A stretch of 64,000 nt of DNA from assembly GCA_031414955.1 (NCBI GenBank), contig JANOQV010000056.1:32001-96000 (forward strand), written 5' to 3'. The position numbers were made by a program, and so were the translations under genes. Origin of the DNA: Pedosphaera sp. Its GTDB lineage: Bacteria > Verrucomicrobiota > Verrucomicrobiia > Limisphaerales > SIBH01. Each line of letters starts with the position of its first letter. Positions within the stretch are counted from its first letter, which is position 1. The notes beneath the pieces were generated by a model, which was not told where the DNA came from, did no database searches, and worked only from the letters and a program-made list of their open reading frames with translations. Positions 44,797 through 55,628 of the stretch are shown piece after piece.

Positions 44797-45831
44797 CTAC
44801 GCGCCCATGCCGTCTTCAAACGAGCCGGCGGCGAGCGGGAAGCAGAGATGGTCGCGAACGTAGGCCACGCCGTTGGCGCTGGTGGCGTCGAGATCGCGAT
44901 AGGCGCTTTCGGCCTCGACCACGAGCGGCGCGGTCTTGCGTTTCATGATTTCCCGGTAGCGTTGCGGATAGCCAGCCAGCACGAGCATTTCGGCGTAGCG
45001 GCTCATGTTGAGGTCGCCGGAGGGGAGGTCGGTGAACTGCATGGCCCGCTTCTGCCAGTTCGGCTCCATCGCGCGCAGCGCGAAGCCGGGGCGGATGACA
45101 AAATTCTTCACATGGGCGGCATGGATGCGCGGCGCGACTTTCAGGAAGCGGGTCTCCCAGCTTTCGCCTTCCCAGCAGTGGGAGGGATCAGCGTTCACGC
45201 CCAGGCATTTGTCGCCGTCGCAAATCTCGACCAGCAGATTGAAATCATCGGCGCACATGGCGGCCGTGCCAGGGTGAATCTCATGGCAGAGATAAATGCC
45301 GCGGTCCTTCGCCGCCTTGCGGAGTTTGGCTGTCTTCTTGACGAAGCGTTCCTTGCCTTCCGCAATCAGATCGTAGTCGCCGCCCTGCCAGAAGCCCCAC
45401 GGGTAGCCGGTGGCCAGTTCCCATCCGAAAGCCACGCCCCAAAACATGGGCATGATCTTCACGTCCAGTTCCGCCGCGAGGTCCATGAGTTTGAGCAGAT
45501 AATTCTCGGCCCACTTCTCGATCTCCTGCGGTGACTTCTTGGCCACGTCAGCGGGGATGAAAGGATTACCGCTGCGCGTGCCGGTCCAGGCGCTGGTGTG
45601 AACCCAAAAGGGGCAGTGCGAGGAAATGCCGTCGAGCGTCATGCCGCGCGAGGCGAACGTGTCCTTAATTTCCTTGGCGCTCTTGAACAGCTTGCCGCCT
45701 TGCAGCATGTAATTCGAGGGCTGCGCGCCAGCCGCGCCCGAGCGCTTCGCGTAGTCGAGGAAGTCCGCGAGGCTCTTGGCACCATGTTGGGCTCCCTCAA
45801 TGCTGGCGTGATAAATCGGTGTTGCTGCCAT
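44797..45831 (-). CDS. Sugar phosphate isomerase/epimerase (xylose isomerase-like TIM barrel)
   Basis: HEIHPG, NADPSH, HAAHVKN, VVEAE. Confidence 0.85.
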   Translation of the reverse strand: MAATPIYHASIEGAQHGAKSLADFLDYAKRSGAAGAQPSNYMLQGGKLFKSAKEIKDTFASRGMTLDGISSHCPFWVHTSAWTGTRSGNPFIPADVAKKSPQEIEKWAENYLLKLMDLAAELDVKIMPMFWGVAFGWELATGYPWGFWQGGDYDLIAEGKERFVKKTAKLRKAAKDRGIYLCHEIHPGTAAMCADDFNLLVEICDGDKCLGVNADPSHCWEGESWETRFLKVAPRIHAAHVKNFVIRPGFALRAMEPNWQKRAMQFTDLPSGDLNMSRYAEMLVLAGYPQRYREIMKRKTAPLVVEAESAYRDLDATSANGVAYVRDHLCFPLAAGSFEDGMGA

Positions 45832-45993
45832 AAATTTGGGCCAGAGACTTATGGGCGGGTTTCGGGAAAGCAACCCTTTATTGGCTTCCCGTCCGGGCCG
45901 AGCTGAAGGCCGATGTTTCGAGGCCGGGCGCGGAGGCTCGGTGCTCGGATTACGACCACTTCCGCCTGAACTGGTCGGGGGGAGAACATGGTT

Positions 45994-47274
45994 TCAACGC
46001 TGCACCGCACGGGCGGCGTTCCCGAGGCAGTAAAGAAACTCCTGCCGGTTCTCGCTCCGCTTGGCCACGCGCAGGTAAATCCGGCTGCCGCAAACCACCG
46101 GCGAAGCGTAGGACTCGTCACCCAGTTGATTCTGCGCGAGCAGCTTGAAGCTCTTCGGAGTGGCCTCGAAGACAAACGTCTTGCCGCTCACGTTCGAAGA
46201 ATAAATCCGGTCTTCCACCATCACAGGCGAGGCGAAGACATCGCCGCCCAGACGCTCCTTCCATAATTCTTCGCCCGTGTCCGACTTCCAGCATACGGCC
46301 ACGCCCGCATCCAGCACGGCATAGAGGTGGCCGGCCTTGGCGATCATGGACGGCACATAAACGCGCGCTCCGTTTTGCCACGCGATCCGGCCGGAACCGT
46401 CGGCCACGATCGCCACGGTGTGATTCTTGGGATAGCCGCCGCCGGTGAACACGCGCACCCCATCGGTCACGGCCGTGACCACGCACTCTTCCGTGGAGCC
46501 GTTCACTTCCCAGAGTTTTTGGCCCGTCGCGGGATCCAGACTTGTAATCAGGTTGCAACCCGCCAGAACCATCTGGGTGCGACCGCCCGCCTGCACGACG
46601 GACGGCGAAGTGTAGTTGGGCAGCTTCGGGCGCGGCTCGCTCCAGATCACCCGGCCCGTCTTGCGGTCAAGACCCGCGATCACGCCGCCACCCCGATGGT
46701 CCGCCGAGACCAGCACCAGCGATTCATGAATGACCGGCGAGGAACCAAATCCCTGGTGCGTGACGAAGTCGCAGACCCTCCGCTGCCATAGAATGTTACC
46801 ATCCAGACCCAGCGCCGTGGTGTGAACCGCGCCGGCGTTGAGGAAGTTGATGAACAGCCGCTCCCCATCGCAGGCCACCGTGGACGAGGCGGCGGAGGAG
46901 TGGGATTGCTTGCCAGGATCCGCCTGATTGCTGTGAACCTCGGTTTGCCAGACGAGCTTCCCGGTGTACCGATCCAGGCAGAGCACTGATTGGGTCTGTT
47001 TCACTCGATCCGCAGTCGCCAGGTAGATGTGCCCACCCACCACCGTCGGCGAGCCGTGCCCCCGACCCGGCACCGGCGTTTTCCACAGGACGTTCTCGGT
47101 CTCGTTCCACTGGACCGGCGGATTCTGCCCTGGAGCAGCGAGGCCATCGCGCGTCGGCCCGCGCCAGGCCGGCCAGTCCTGCGGAGAAAGCGCGACGGGA
47201 ACGGCCGCCTGGACAAGGGACAGGAGATTGGCCCCCAGGCAGATCAAGGCGGTGAAAATCACTTTGTTTTTCAT
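45994..47274 (-). CDS. PQQ-like beta-propeller (BamB-like repeat) protein
   Basis: DWPAWRGP, WKTPVPGRGHGSP, repeated G..xW motifs, ASPV. Confidence 0.88.
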   Translation of the reverse strand: MKNKVIFTALICLGANLLSLVQAAVPVALSPQDWPAWRGPTRDGLAAPGQNPPVQWNETENVLWKTPVPGRGHGSPTVVGGHIYLATADRVKQTQSVLCLDRYTGKLVWQTEVHSNQADPGKQSHSSAASSTVACDGERLFINFLNAGAVHTTALGLDGNILWQRRVCDFVTHQGFGSSPVIHESLVLVSADHRGGGVIAGLDRKTGRVIWSEPRPKLPNYTSPSVVQAGGRTQMVLAGCNLITSLDPATGQKLWEVNGSTEECVVTAVTDGVRVFTGGGYPKNHTVAIVADGSGRIAWQNGARVYVPSMIAKAGHLYAVLDAGVAVCWKSDTGEELWKERLGGDVFASPVMVEDRIYSSNVSGKTFVFEATPKSFKLLAQNQLGDESYASPVVCGSRIYLRVAKRSENRQEFLYCLGNAARAVQR

Positions 47275-47642
47275 ATGGGTCAGCTTGGCCAGCCTCCCCA
47301 ATCCCGGAAGGCTGGGCAAGCAACTTGAGCCGCCCAGCGCAGAGGACACCCGTCTCCACACCGTCCGAGGAAGGCGACGCCCGCAGGATTGGTCAGGGAG
47401 GTTGGACTCACGGATGGCGGGATCCCAGTTCCGATCCGCGCTCACCAAACCTCCAAGCCAGGCCACTAAAACTGTAAAGAACCAAGGCATTCTGGACACG
47501 AGTGTCAAAAAATCTATTGTCAAAGAAGGGCCGTTTCCTTAGAAAACGCCCAAATGCACCGCACAGGTGCGGCGGGCAAACAATTTTTGGCCGCTTTGAA
47601 ACGCAAGTAGTAACGCAATAAACACAGAACCCGGAGGAACAC

Positions 47643-48854
47643 ATGATGAAAGTTAACAAATGGACATTGGGTCTGGCAGCCGTGGGGTTGATCAGTCTCC
47701 CTGCGATGGTCCAGGCTGATGAGAAGCCCAATCAATTGCTCACCGCCCTGTCCTCGACCACCATCAGTGGTTACGTGGATACCTCGGCTCACTGGACGCT
47801 CGGCAGCGGGAATGCCAATCCTCCCGCTTATTCGTTCAACACCCCCAGCAAGCAGGACGGCTTCAATCTGAACGTCGTCAACGTGGTGATTGAAAAGCCG
47901 CTCGACGAAGGCACTTGGTCCGCCGGCTACAAGGTGGATTTGCTCTACGGCCCCAATGCCGTGGGTTTCAACAACTCCGTCGGCTCTGCCACCAGCGACC
48001 TCGGCATCAAGCAGGCCTATGTCGCCTTGCGCGCGCCGCTCTGGAACGGCTTCGACATCAAGATCGGCTCCTTCGACACCATCATCGGCTACGAAGTGTT
48101 CAACGCCGGCAGCAACCCCAACTACACCCGGTCCTGGGGTTACACCATGGAGCCGACGGAACACACCGGCATCTTGGGCAGCTACCAATTCACCAAGAAC
48201 ATCGGGGCCTCCTTCGGCATCGCGAACACCTCGGTGGCGGGCATCAACCGCCGCACTGGTCGCACAGATAACGAAGGCAGCAAGACCTACATGGGTTCGA
48301 TCACGCTCACGGCTCCGGATAGCTGGGGTTCGCTCGCCGGCTCCGGTCTCTACCTGGGCATCGTGGATGGCTTCGGTGGCCTCAACGACCAGACCACCTA
48401 TTACGTGGGCACGACCCTCACCACGCCTTGGAAGGCGCTCAAGGTGGGTGCGTCCTATGACTACGTGGTGCAGCACGACAACAACTTCGGGCCGGCCGGC
48501 TACTCGCAGGCGCTGGGCTTGTATGCCTCTGTGCAGGCTCGTGAGCACCTCAGTTTCCATGTCCGGGCGGAGTGGGCTGACTTCACCGATGGCAATGCCA
48601 CGGGCGGCAGAAACAACGGCCTTGGTGGCGGCGGCACCGGCGGCATCCCGGCCGAAGTGCTCTCCTTCACCGGCACGGTTCAATACGATCTCTGGGCGAA
48701 CGTCCTGAGCCGTTTGGAAGTGCGTTGGGACCATGCCATCTCGGGCCACGGCCCGTTCGGCGGCACTGTGGCTGGAGCCAGCGGCCCCACCACCGGCGGT
48801 GCCAACGAGAAGAACTCCGTTCTTATCGCGGCCAACATCATCTACAAGTTCTAA
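47643..48854 (+). CDS. Outer-membrane beta-barrel / putative porin
   Basis: Signal peptide, ISGYVD, QAYV, GSFDTIIGYEV, C-terminal YKF. Confidence 0.85.
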   Translation: MMKVNKWTLGLAAVGLISLPAMVQADEKPNQLLTALSSTTISGYVDTSAHWTLGSGNANPPAYSFNTPSKQDGFNLNVVNVVIEKPLDEGTWSAGYKVDLLYGPNAVGFNNSVGSATSDLGIKQAYVALRAPLWNGFDIKIGSFDTIIGYEVFNAGSNPNYTRSWGYTMEPTEHTGILGSYQFTKNIGASFGIANTSVAGINRRTGRTDNEGSKTYMGSITLTAPDSWGSLAGSGLYLGIVDGFGGLNDQTTYYVGTTLTTPWKALKVGASYDYVVQHDNNFGPAGYSQALGLYASVQAREHLSFHVRAEWADFTDGNATGGRNNGLGGGGTGGIPAEVLSFTGTVQYDLWANVLSRLEVRWDHAISGHGPFGGTVAGASGPTTGGANEKNSVLIAANIIYKF

Positions 48855-48874
48855 GCTAGGTTGATTACCTGCAG

Positions 48875-48905
48875 CCCCTTCCGGGTAAACCGGAAGGGGT
48901 TTTTT
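48875..48905 (+). terminator. Rho-independent terminator
   Basis: ccccttccgg-gtaaa-ccggaagggg followed by a T run. Confidence 0.85.
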
Positions 48906-49178
48906 ATTGGGTCGGACTGAGCCTGCTCCTGCCCGGCTGGACGGTCACCATCCGGCCAACGAAGCGTTTTCCCGCAAGGCACTGCTAGAAACTCGAGTCG
49001 TTTCCGTTCGCCTCGGATCGCGCGGATGAAGCGAGCCGCGCTCCGTTTACTCCGAACGCCGAGGCGAAGCCAAAAAAAGATTTTTCCAAAAAGGCGCGGC
49101 CCCGTCTTTCCTCGAATCGATTCGCTCAGCCTGCCCTACCTCTGCGGCTGAGCGCGCGTCTCGTTTCGGAAGGAGGGT

Positions 49179-50576
49179 TTACTCCGCCAACGTCTTCCGC
49201 CACCGCGCAAGTTGTTTCCGCACTTCGCCAGTGCCCGGCGCGCCGACGATCTTCCGCCGCTCCATCGCGGACGACAGGTTGAACACCTCCGCCGCATCGT
49301 CGCCGAAGTGCTTGTCGATGGCGCGCAACTCCGCGAGGGAGATTTCGTTCAACCCCTTGCCCGACTTCTCCGCCCAGCCCACCACGGCCCCCACCACATG
49401 GTGCGCCTGGCGGAAGGCCATCCCTTTGCGCACCAGATAATCCGCCAGGTCCGTGGCCAGCAGCGCGGGATCACTGGCGGCCGCGCGGCAGCTCTCCAAG
49501 TTCACGCTCGTGTGCTCCAGCATCGCAGCCATGAGCCGCGCGCAGGCCCGCACCGTGTCCGCGCTGTCGAAGAGCCGCTCCTTGTCCTCCTGCAAATCGC
49601 GGTTGTAGGTCATGGGCAATCCCTTCAACAGCGTGAGCAGCGCCATCAGGTTGCCGATGACCCGGGCCGACTTGCCCCGCGTCAACTCCGCCACATCGGG
49701 ATTCTTCTTCTGCGGCATCAACGACGAGCCGGTCGTGTAGGCGTCGGCAATCTTGATGAAGTTGAACTCGCTGCTCGCCCAGAGAATCACGTCCTCGGAG
49801 AGCCGCGATAGATGCACCGCCAGCAACGCCGCTCCGGCGCAAAACTCCACCGCGAAATCCCGGTCGCTCACGCCATCCATCGAGTTCTGCGTGAGCTGCG
49901 GTTTGCCCTTGGTGTCCACGAAGCCGAGCAGCTTGGCCACCAGCTCGCGGTCCAGCGGCAAGGTGGAACCGGCGATCGCGCCGCTGCCCAGCGGACACAC
50001 GTTCACTCGCTGGAAACAATCGATGAACCGCTGCCGGTCCCGCTCGATCATCTCCACGTAGGCCAGGAGGTGATGCGCGAAATAGACCGGCTGCGCCCGT
50101 TGCAAATGCGTGTAGCCGGGGATGACCACGGCGGCGTTGCGCTCGCCGAGACCGACCAGCGCGCGTTGCAAAGCCCGCAATTCCCCGTCCAAATCCGCCA
50201 GCTCGTCGCGCAGCCACATGCGGATGTCGACGGCCACCTGGTCGTTGCGCGAACGGGCCGTGTGCAGCTTGGCCCCGGCGGGGACGCGCCGCGTCAACTC
50301 CGCCTCAATGTTCATGTGGACGTCCTCCAGCGCGGGCTTCCACTTGAACTTCCCGTCCGCGATCTCCTGCCCGAGCTGCTCCAGACCCTCGACGATGGCG
50401 GCGCGCTCCACGGCGGTGAGCACGCCGATTTTCTCCAGCATGGTGGCGTGGGCGATGGAGCCGATGATGTCCTGCCGCCAGAGCCGGTGGTCAAAGGAGA
50501 TGGACTCAGAGAAGGCGGCGACCTCGGCGGCGGGACCGGCGGTGAACCGGCCGCTTCTGGAAACTGGTTTTTTCAT
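49179..50576 (-). CDS. argH: Argininosuccinate lyase
   Basis: HTARSRNDQ, PGYTHLQRAQP, GSSLMPQKKNPD, YNRDLQEDK. Confidence 0.97.
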   Translation of the reverse strand: MKKPVSRSGRFTAGPAAEVAAFSESISFDHRLWRQDIIGSIAHATMLEKIGVLTAVERAAIVEGLEQLGQEIADGKFKWKPALEDVHMNIEAELTRRVPAGAKLHTARSRNDQVAVDIRMWLRDELADLDGELRALQRALVGLGERNAAVVIPGYTHLQRAQPVYFAHHLLAYVEMIERDRQRFIDCFQRVNVCPLGSGAIAGSTLPLDRELVAKLLGFVDTKGKPQLTQNSMDGVSDRDFAVEFCAGAALLAVHLSRLSEDVILWASSEFNFIKIADAYTTGSSLMPQKKNPDVAELTRGKSARVIGNLMALLTLLKGLPMTYNRDLQEDKERLFDSADTVRACARLMAAMLEHTSVNLESCRAAASDPALLATDLADYLVRKGMAFRQAHHVVGAVVGWAEKSGKGLNEISLAELRAIDKHFGDDAAEVFNLSSAMERRKIVGAPGTGEVRKQLARWRKTLAE

Positions 50577-50632
50577 GAGGAGCGGGGCTGAACCTCGAAC
50601 ACTGAACGGGGCCGGGCCGCCCGCCGCATCAC

Positions 50633-50671
50633 TTCGATGTTCGGTGTTCGATGTTGAATGTTCGATGTTCG
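50633..50671. repeat. Heptamer tandem repeat (TTCGATG variants)
   Basis: ttcgatg ttcggtg ttcgatg ttgaatg ttcgatg ttcg. Confidence 0.8.
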
Positions 50672-50935
50672 CTTCATCTTCCCCAATCGGCGCGCGACTC
50701 TAGGAAAGGGGCCGGGGGCGGTCAAATGGAGAGAACAAATTCAGCGACGCGCGCACGCGCACCGGAGTCGAGTTGGAGCAGCGCAGTGTGCGCTGCTGCG
50801 GGCCACGGGAAGGCTCCAGGACTCGAAACAAAACCGCCGCCCCGCGCCGTCGAGTGGCGAGCGCTGCAAACTGTTTCTCCACGCAAACTTCCCCACGCCC
50901 TCCGCGCGGATCTGCCCCGACTGCTCTCAGGCAGC

Positions 50936-51592
50936 CTAGCCCTGCCCGGAGTGCCGGATGTCGCGGCCTTCGTAGAGGTAAACCACTTCCTCGCCGATGT
51001 TGGTGGCGTGGTCGGCGATGCGTTCGAGGCTTTTGGAGATGACCATCAGGTTCAGGGCGCGGGTGATGGTGGCAGGCTTCTCGATCATGAAGCTGGCCAG
51101 TTCACGGTGCATTTGCTTGTTCAGGGCGTCCACTTCCTTGTCGCGCTTGATCACGTCCCGCGCCTGTTGCGGGTTGCGGTTGACGAAGGCGTTGATTCCA
51201 TCGTCGAGCATCTGAAGACCGATCTGGGCCATCTTGGGAATATCGACGTAGGGTTTGAGCTGTGGTTCGGCGTTCAACTCGATGGCCCGGCGCGAAATGG
51301 TGGTGGCCTCGTCGCAGACGCGCTCCAGATCATGCGAAATTTTCATGGCGATGGTGATCAGCCGCAGATCAGAGGCGAGCGGCGCTTTGGAAAGCAAATT
51401 CACGGCCACCTCATCCACCTTGATCTCGAGCTGATCCACGATGGAGTCGTCCTCGATCACTCGGCGGGCCAGCGCCTCATCCCGATCCACCAGGGCCTTG
51501 ACGGCGCGGGTGACGGCGTTGCGTGAATGACCGGCCATGAGGAGGAGCAACTCCTTCAGCTCGGCCAGTTCTTGATCGTGGTGGGTCATCAT
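50936..51592 (-). CDS. phoU: Phosphate signalling complex protein PhoU
   Basis: PLASDLR, DLERVCD, LERIADHATNIGE. Confidence 0.95.
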   Translation of the reverse strand: MMTHHDQELAELKELLLLMAGHSRNAVTRAVKALVDRDEALARRVIEDDSIVDQLEIKVDEVAVNLLSKAPLASDLRLITIAMKISHDLERVCDEATTISRRAIELNAEPQLKPYVDIPKMAQIGLQMLDDGINAFVNRNPQQARDVIKRDKEVDALNKQMHRELASFMIEKPATITRALNLMVISKSLERIADHATNIGEEVVYLYEGRDIRHSGQG

Positions 51593-51621
51593 AAGAGCAG
51601 TGCGGAGGCCGAACGTAGTGT

Positions 51622-52449
51622 TCAGCCGAACCGGCCGGTCACGTAGTCTTCGGTCTGTTTCTTGGTCGGATTGGTGAACACCTTGGCCGTAGCATCGTAC
51701 TCGACCAGTTCGCCGAGGTAAAAAAACGCCGTGTAATCCGAGATGCGCGCGGCCTGTTGCATGTTGTGCGTGACGATGACGATGGTGAAGTCCTTCTTCA
51801 ATTCCAGAATCAGCTCCTCGATCTTGGCCGTGGCGATGGGGTCGAGCGCGGAAGCCGGTTCATCCATCAGGATGATCTCCGGGCGGATGGCGATGGCCCG
51901 GGCGATGCAAAGACGTTGCTGCTGTCCGCCCGAGAGTCCCATGGCGCTGGCCTGCAAGCGGTCCTTGACCTCGTCCCAGAGCGCCGCGCCGCGGAGGCTC
52001 TGTTCCACCACGGCATCAAGTTGCGCCTTGTCGCTTGTGCCGTGCAGGCGGAGACCGTAGGCGATGTTGTCGTAGATGGATTTGGGAAATGGATTCGAGC
52101 GTTGGAAGACCATGCCGACGCGTTTACGCAGTTCGATCACGTCCACCTCGCGGCCGTAGATGTCGTGGCCGTGGATTTTGACCGCGCCCTCGATGCGCAC
52201 GTTGTCGATCAGGTCGTTCATGCGGTTGAGGCAGCGCAGCAGGGTGGACTTGCCGCAGCCCGAGGGACCGATGAAGGCGGTGACGATCTTCTCGCGGATG
52301 TCGAAGGAGATGTTCTTGAGCGCCTTGCTCTGGCCATAGAAGAGCGAGAGGTCGCGCAATTCGATCAGGGGAGCGGCGTTGGCACTCTCCCCGGCTGGGC
52401 TGGGCGGAGTGGTGGCGAATCGAATCGGAGTTGTTACAAGCGTGGACAT
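51622..52449 (-). CDS. pstB: Phosphate ABC transporter ATPase
   Basis: [35 protein letters not shown]. Confidence 0.97.
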   Translation of the reverse strand: MSTLVTTPIRFATTPPSPAGESANAAPLIELRDLSLFYGQSKALKNISFDIREKIVTAFIGPSGCGKSTLLRCLNRMNDLIDNVRIEGAVKIHGHDIYGREVDVIELRKRVGMVFQRSNPFPKSIYDNIAYGLRLHGTSDKAQLDAVVEQSLRGAALWDEVKDRLQASAMGLSGGQQQRLCIARAIAIRPEIILMDEPASALDPIATAKIEELILELKKDFTIVIVTHNMQQAARISDYTAFFYLGELVEYDATAKVFTNPTKKQTEDYVTGRFG

Positions 52450-52450
52450 A

Positions 52451-53413
52451 TCAATGCATGGCGCGCATCCGGCGGCGAATCTTCGCCCGGACGAGCACGG
52501 CGACAATGTTGAGACTGAAGGTCAGGAGCAGGAGCACGAGCACGGTCGCGTAGAGGATCGGGCGCGTGAGATCGATGTTGGGCGATTGCGTGGACAAGGT
52601 GAAGACGTGGTAGCCCAGGTCCATGAACTGGTCGGAGAGCGACTTGGGCAACGTGGCCATGTAATAGGCTGCGCCGGTAAAAAGGATCGGCGCCACTTCG
52701 CCGGCGGCGCGGCTCACCGCGAGAATTCCGCCGGTGAGAATGCCCGGCATGGCCTGCGGCAGGACGACCTTGATGACAGTCTGCAATTTCGTCGCGCCCA
52801 GCGCGAGGCTGGCTTCACGCAAGCCGGGCGCGATGGCCTTGAGCGCTTCCTCCGTGGCCACGATGACGACGGGCAACGTCATCACCGCCAGCGTCAGCGA
52901 CGCCCAAATGAGCGCCGGCTTGCCCCAGACAGCCTCGGGATTTTGCAGCAGCGCGTCCATGTTCTTGCCCACGAAGGCGATGAAGAAACCCAGCCCGAAC
53001 AGCCCGAACACAATGGAAGGCACGCCGGCAAGGTTGTTGATCGCGCCCCGGATGATGCGCACGCCCAGCGAACCGGGCCGGGCGTATTCGGTCAGGTAAA
53101 TGGCCGTGATCACACCGACCGGGATGACGAAGAAGGTCATCAGAATCACGCGCGCCGCCGTGCCGAAAATCATCGGGAACACGCCGGCGTTGTTCACGTC
53201 GAACATGTCCTTCTCCGTGCCGCGGGTGATGAAGCCCCAGGAGAATCCGGCCCAGCCGTGCCAGACGATGTTGCCGAGAATGATGGCGAGCAGCGCCAGA
53301 ATGAGCAACGTGGCCAGCCCGGTCAGCCCGCTGAAGAAGCAGGAGCCGAGATCGAACTGCGACCGGCGGAAGTGCCGGTCGTGCTTGGTTTCTGAACCGG
53401 TGGTCGCGCTCAC
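52451..53413 (-). CDS. pstA: Phosphate ABC transporter permease
   Basis: [32 protein letters not shown]. Confidence 0.95.
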   Translation of the reverse strand: MSATTGSETKHDRHFRRSQFDLGSCFFSGLTGLATLLILALLAIILGNIVWHGWAGFSWGFITRGTEKDMFDVNNAGVFPMIFGTAARVILMTFFVIPVGVITAIYLTEYARPGSLGVRIIRGAINNLAGVPSIVFGLFGLGFFIAFVGKNMDALLQNPEAVWGKPALIWASLTLAVMTLPVVIVATEEALKAIAPGLREASLALGATKLQTVIKVVLPQAMPGILTGGILAVSRAAGEVAPILFTGAAYYMATLPKSLSDQFMDLGYHVFTLSTQSPNIDLTRPILYATVLVLLLLTFSLNIVAVLVRAKIRRRMRAMH

Positions 53414-54603
53414 GCGTTGCCCTCCAGTTTGCGTTTCAAGCGATGAATCACCAGGTCGGCGATGAAATTCGCCACGAAGGCCACGGCGAAAAGCAGCGCG
53501 CCGATCATGAAGAGCATCCGGTAGTGGTGGCCGTCCACGACGGTCTCGGCCAGCTCGGCGGCAATGGTCGCGGTCATGGTGCGGGTGGAGTCGAAGATGT
53601 CCCAGGAAACGATGCTGGCGTTGCCGCTGGCCATGAGGACGATCATGGTTTCACCGATGGCGCGGCCGAAGCCGAGCACGAAGGCGGCAAACACGCCGGG
53701 CAGCGCCGCCGGCAGGACAATCCTCCACGCCGCCTGCCACTTGGAGGAACCGAGGGCCAGCGCGGCCTGAGTATAGCTGCGCGGCACGCTCGTGAGTGCG
53801 TCCTCGGCGATGGAGAAGACGACGGGAATGACGGCCAGACCGAGGGCGATGCCGGCGACAAAGGCATTGAGCCGGGAGTCATAGCCGAACACGTTTTGCA
53901 GCAGGGTGGCCATGACGATGAGGCCGAAGAACCCAAGCACGACCGAGGGAATTCCGGCGAGCATCTCGATGGCGGGCTTGAGCCACTCTTTCGTGCGCGG
54001 CGAGGCCAGTTGCGAAACGTATATCGCCGCGCCCAGGCCGAGCGGAAAGCTGAACAGGAGCGCGACCAAGGTGGCCTTGAGCGAGCCGATGATGAGCGGC
54101 ACCATGTTGTACTTGTGGATGTTGGAAACAGGCTGCCAGATGTATTCCGGCTTGTCGTAACCGCTCCATTGCTGGGGCCGCAGGATGTAGCGCCAATCCG
54201 TGGTGTCCAACTCGGCGTCCTTGTCGGCCGGACGTTCCTTCGATTCTTCAACCTTCACTTCCATGAGGAGGCGCTTGGTTTCGTCGTCGAAGTTGGCCCA
54301 CTGGCGTGCCGTGACGCCGAGGTACTCCTGAAGTTCCGCCGGGGAATGTTTCGCCATGTCCGCGACCGGGATGGCTTTGAAAACCCTCGAACTGTTCGCC
54401 TTGCCGGTGAGAATGGGCCACGCCTTGCTCCCGACAAAGGCGAAGATCAGAAAGATCATCACGATGGCCGAGAGGGAGGTGAGAAAGATGCCCTTTTCCA
54501 CGACCCACTCGAAGGGGCGCGGCTTGTGGCCCGTGGCCAGCCGGGCCCATTGCTCCCTGTGCTCGGCTGCTTTGTCGGGGCTTGGATCCATGTCGGGTTT
54601 CAA
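53410..54603 (-). CDS. pstC: Phosphate ABC transporter permease with extended periplasmic loop
   Basis: EMLAGIPSVVLG, GRAIGETMIV. Confidence 0.95.
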   Translation of the reverse strand: MKPDMDPSPDKAAEHREQWARLATGHKPRPFEWVVEKGIFLTSLSAIVMIFLIFAFVGSKAWPILTGKANSSRVFKAIPVADMAKHSPAELQEYLGVTARQWANFDDETKRLLMEVKVEESKERPADKDAELDTTDWRYILRPQQWSGYDKPEYIWQPVSNIHKYNMVPLIIGSLKATLVALLFSFPLGLGAAIYVSQLASPRTKEWLKPAIEMLAGIPSVVLGFFGLIVMATLLQNVFGYDSRLNAFVAGIALGLAVIPVVFSIAEDALTSVPRSYTQAALALGSSKWQAAWRIVLPAALPGVFAAFVLGFGRAIGETMIVLMASGNASIVSWDIFDSTRTMTATIAAELAETVVDGHHYRMLFMIGALLFAVAFVANFIADLVIHRLKRKLEGNA

Positions 54604-54743
54604 ACTCCTGCCTGGCCGTTTTAACTCAGCCGTGCCGGTTCCGTTAGTTACGGTTGTGTGAGAAAAAAGGCGGGCAAGACCCTACACTTTGGACCTCGCC
54701 CGCCCACGATGATCGCGGAGGAACCGACGATCAAATTCAACCA

Positions 54744-55592
54744 TTATTCCCGCAGGTGCTTGGGCAGAGGAAAGTATCCAATGTCCTTGACCAGCTTTTG
54801 GCCGTCGTCGCTCCGAATCCAGTTCAGGTAGGCCGCGACCTCACCCTTGTCGAGGGCCGGATTGATATAGACGTAGAGGTAGCGCCAGATCGGGTACGTG
54901 CCCTTGAGCACGGTTTCCTCGTTGGCTTCGATGGCCGGGCTTTGGTCGTCCTTTTTCACCCGCAACGCCCTCGCCCCCTGGCCGTAGGCCGCACCGCCGT
55001 AACCGATGGCGCTCTTGTCCTTGGCCACCGCCTGCAACAACGCCGCCGTGCCGGGCATGGTCTGCGCGCTGGCCAGGAAGTCCTTGCCGTCCAGCACATG
55101 CTCCTTGAAGAACTCGTAGGTGCCCGAACTGTTCTCACGGCTGTAAACCGTGATGGGCGCGTCCGCCCCGCCCAACTGTTTCCAGTTCTTGATCTTCCCG
55201 GTGAAGATCAGATCTAACTGTTCGAGGGTGATTTCCTTCAACGGATTGCCTTCGTTCACGTAAACCGTGAGGCCGTCGAGGGCAACCTTGTACTCGGTCG
55301 GGCGCTTGCCGAAGGCCGCGACACAATTGGCGATCTCCGCCGCCTTCATCTTGCGCGAGGAGTTGCAGAGATCGGTGGTCTTGTTTTGCAAGGCCGCGAT
55401 GCCCACGCCCGAACCGCCGCCGGTGACCTGGATTTTGGTGGCGGCATTCTTGCCCATGTAAACCTCGGCCCATTTCTGGGCGAGAATCACCAGGGTGTCA
55501 GAACCTTTGACCGTGATTTTGCCGGCCTGGACCGGCACGGCGGCGGCGAAAAGAGCCAGCGCCGCAGCCATGGTAAATGTCAGTTTCTTCAT
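54744..55592 (-). CDS. pstS: Phosphate ABC transporter substrate-binding protein
   Basis: KGSDT, GGGSGVG, SRENSSGT, YPIWRYLY. Confidence 0.93.
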   Translation of the reverse strand: MKKLTFTMAAALALFAAAVPVQAGKITVKGSDTLVILAQKWAEVYMGKNAATKIQVTGGGSGVGIAALQNKTTDLCNSSRKMKAAEIANCVAAFGKRPTEYKVALDGLTVYVNEGNPLKEITLEQLDLIFTGKIKNWKQLGGADAPITVYSRENSSGTYEFFKEHVLDGKDFLASAQTMPGTAALLQAVAKDKSAIGYGGAAYGQGARALRVKKDDQSPAIEANEETVLKGTYPIWRYLYVYINPALDKGEVAAYLNWIRSDDGQKLVKDIGYFPLPKHLRE

Positions 55593-55628
55593 ATGCTTGT
55601 TGGTCTGCGTTGTTAAATCTCAGAAGGT

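Noticed and set aside
47585..47606. Sigma54 promoter upstream of the porin gene
   Set aside because: GG and GC are 12 nt apart rather than the required 10
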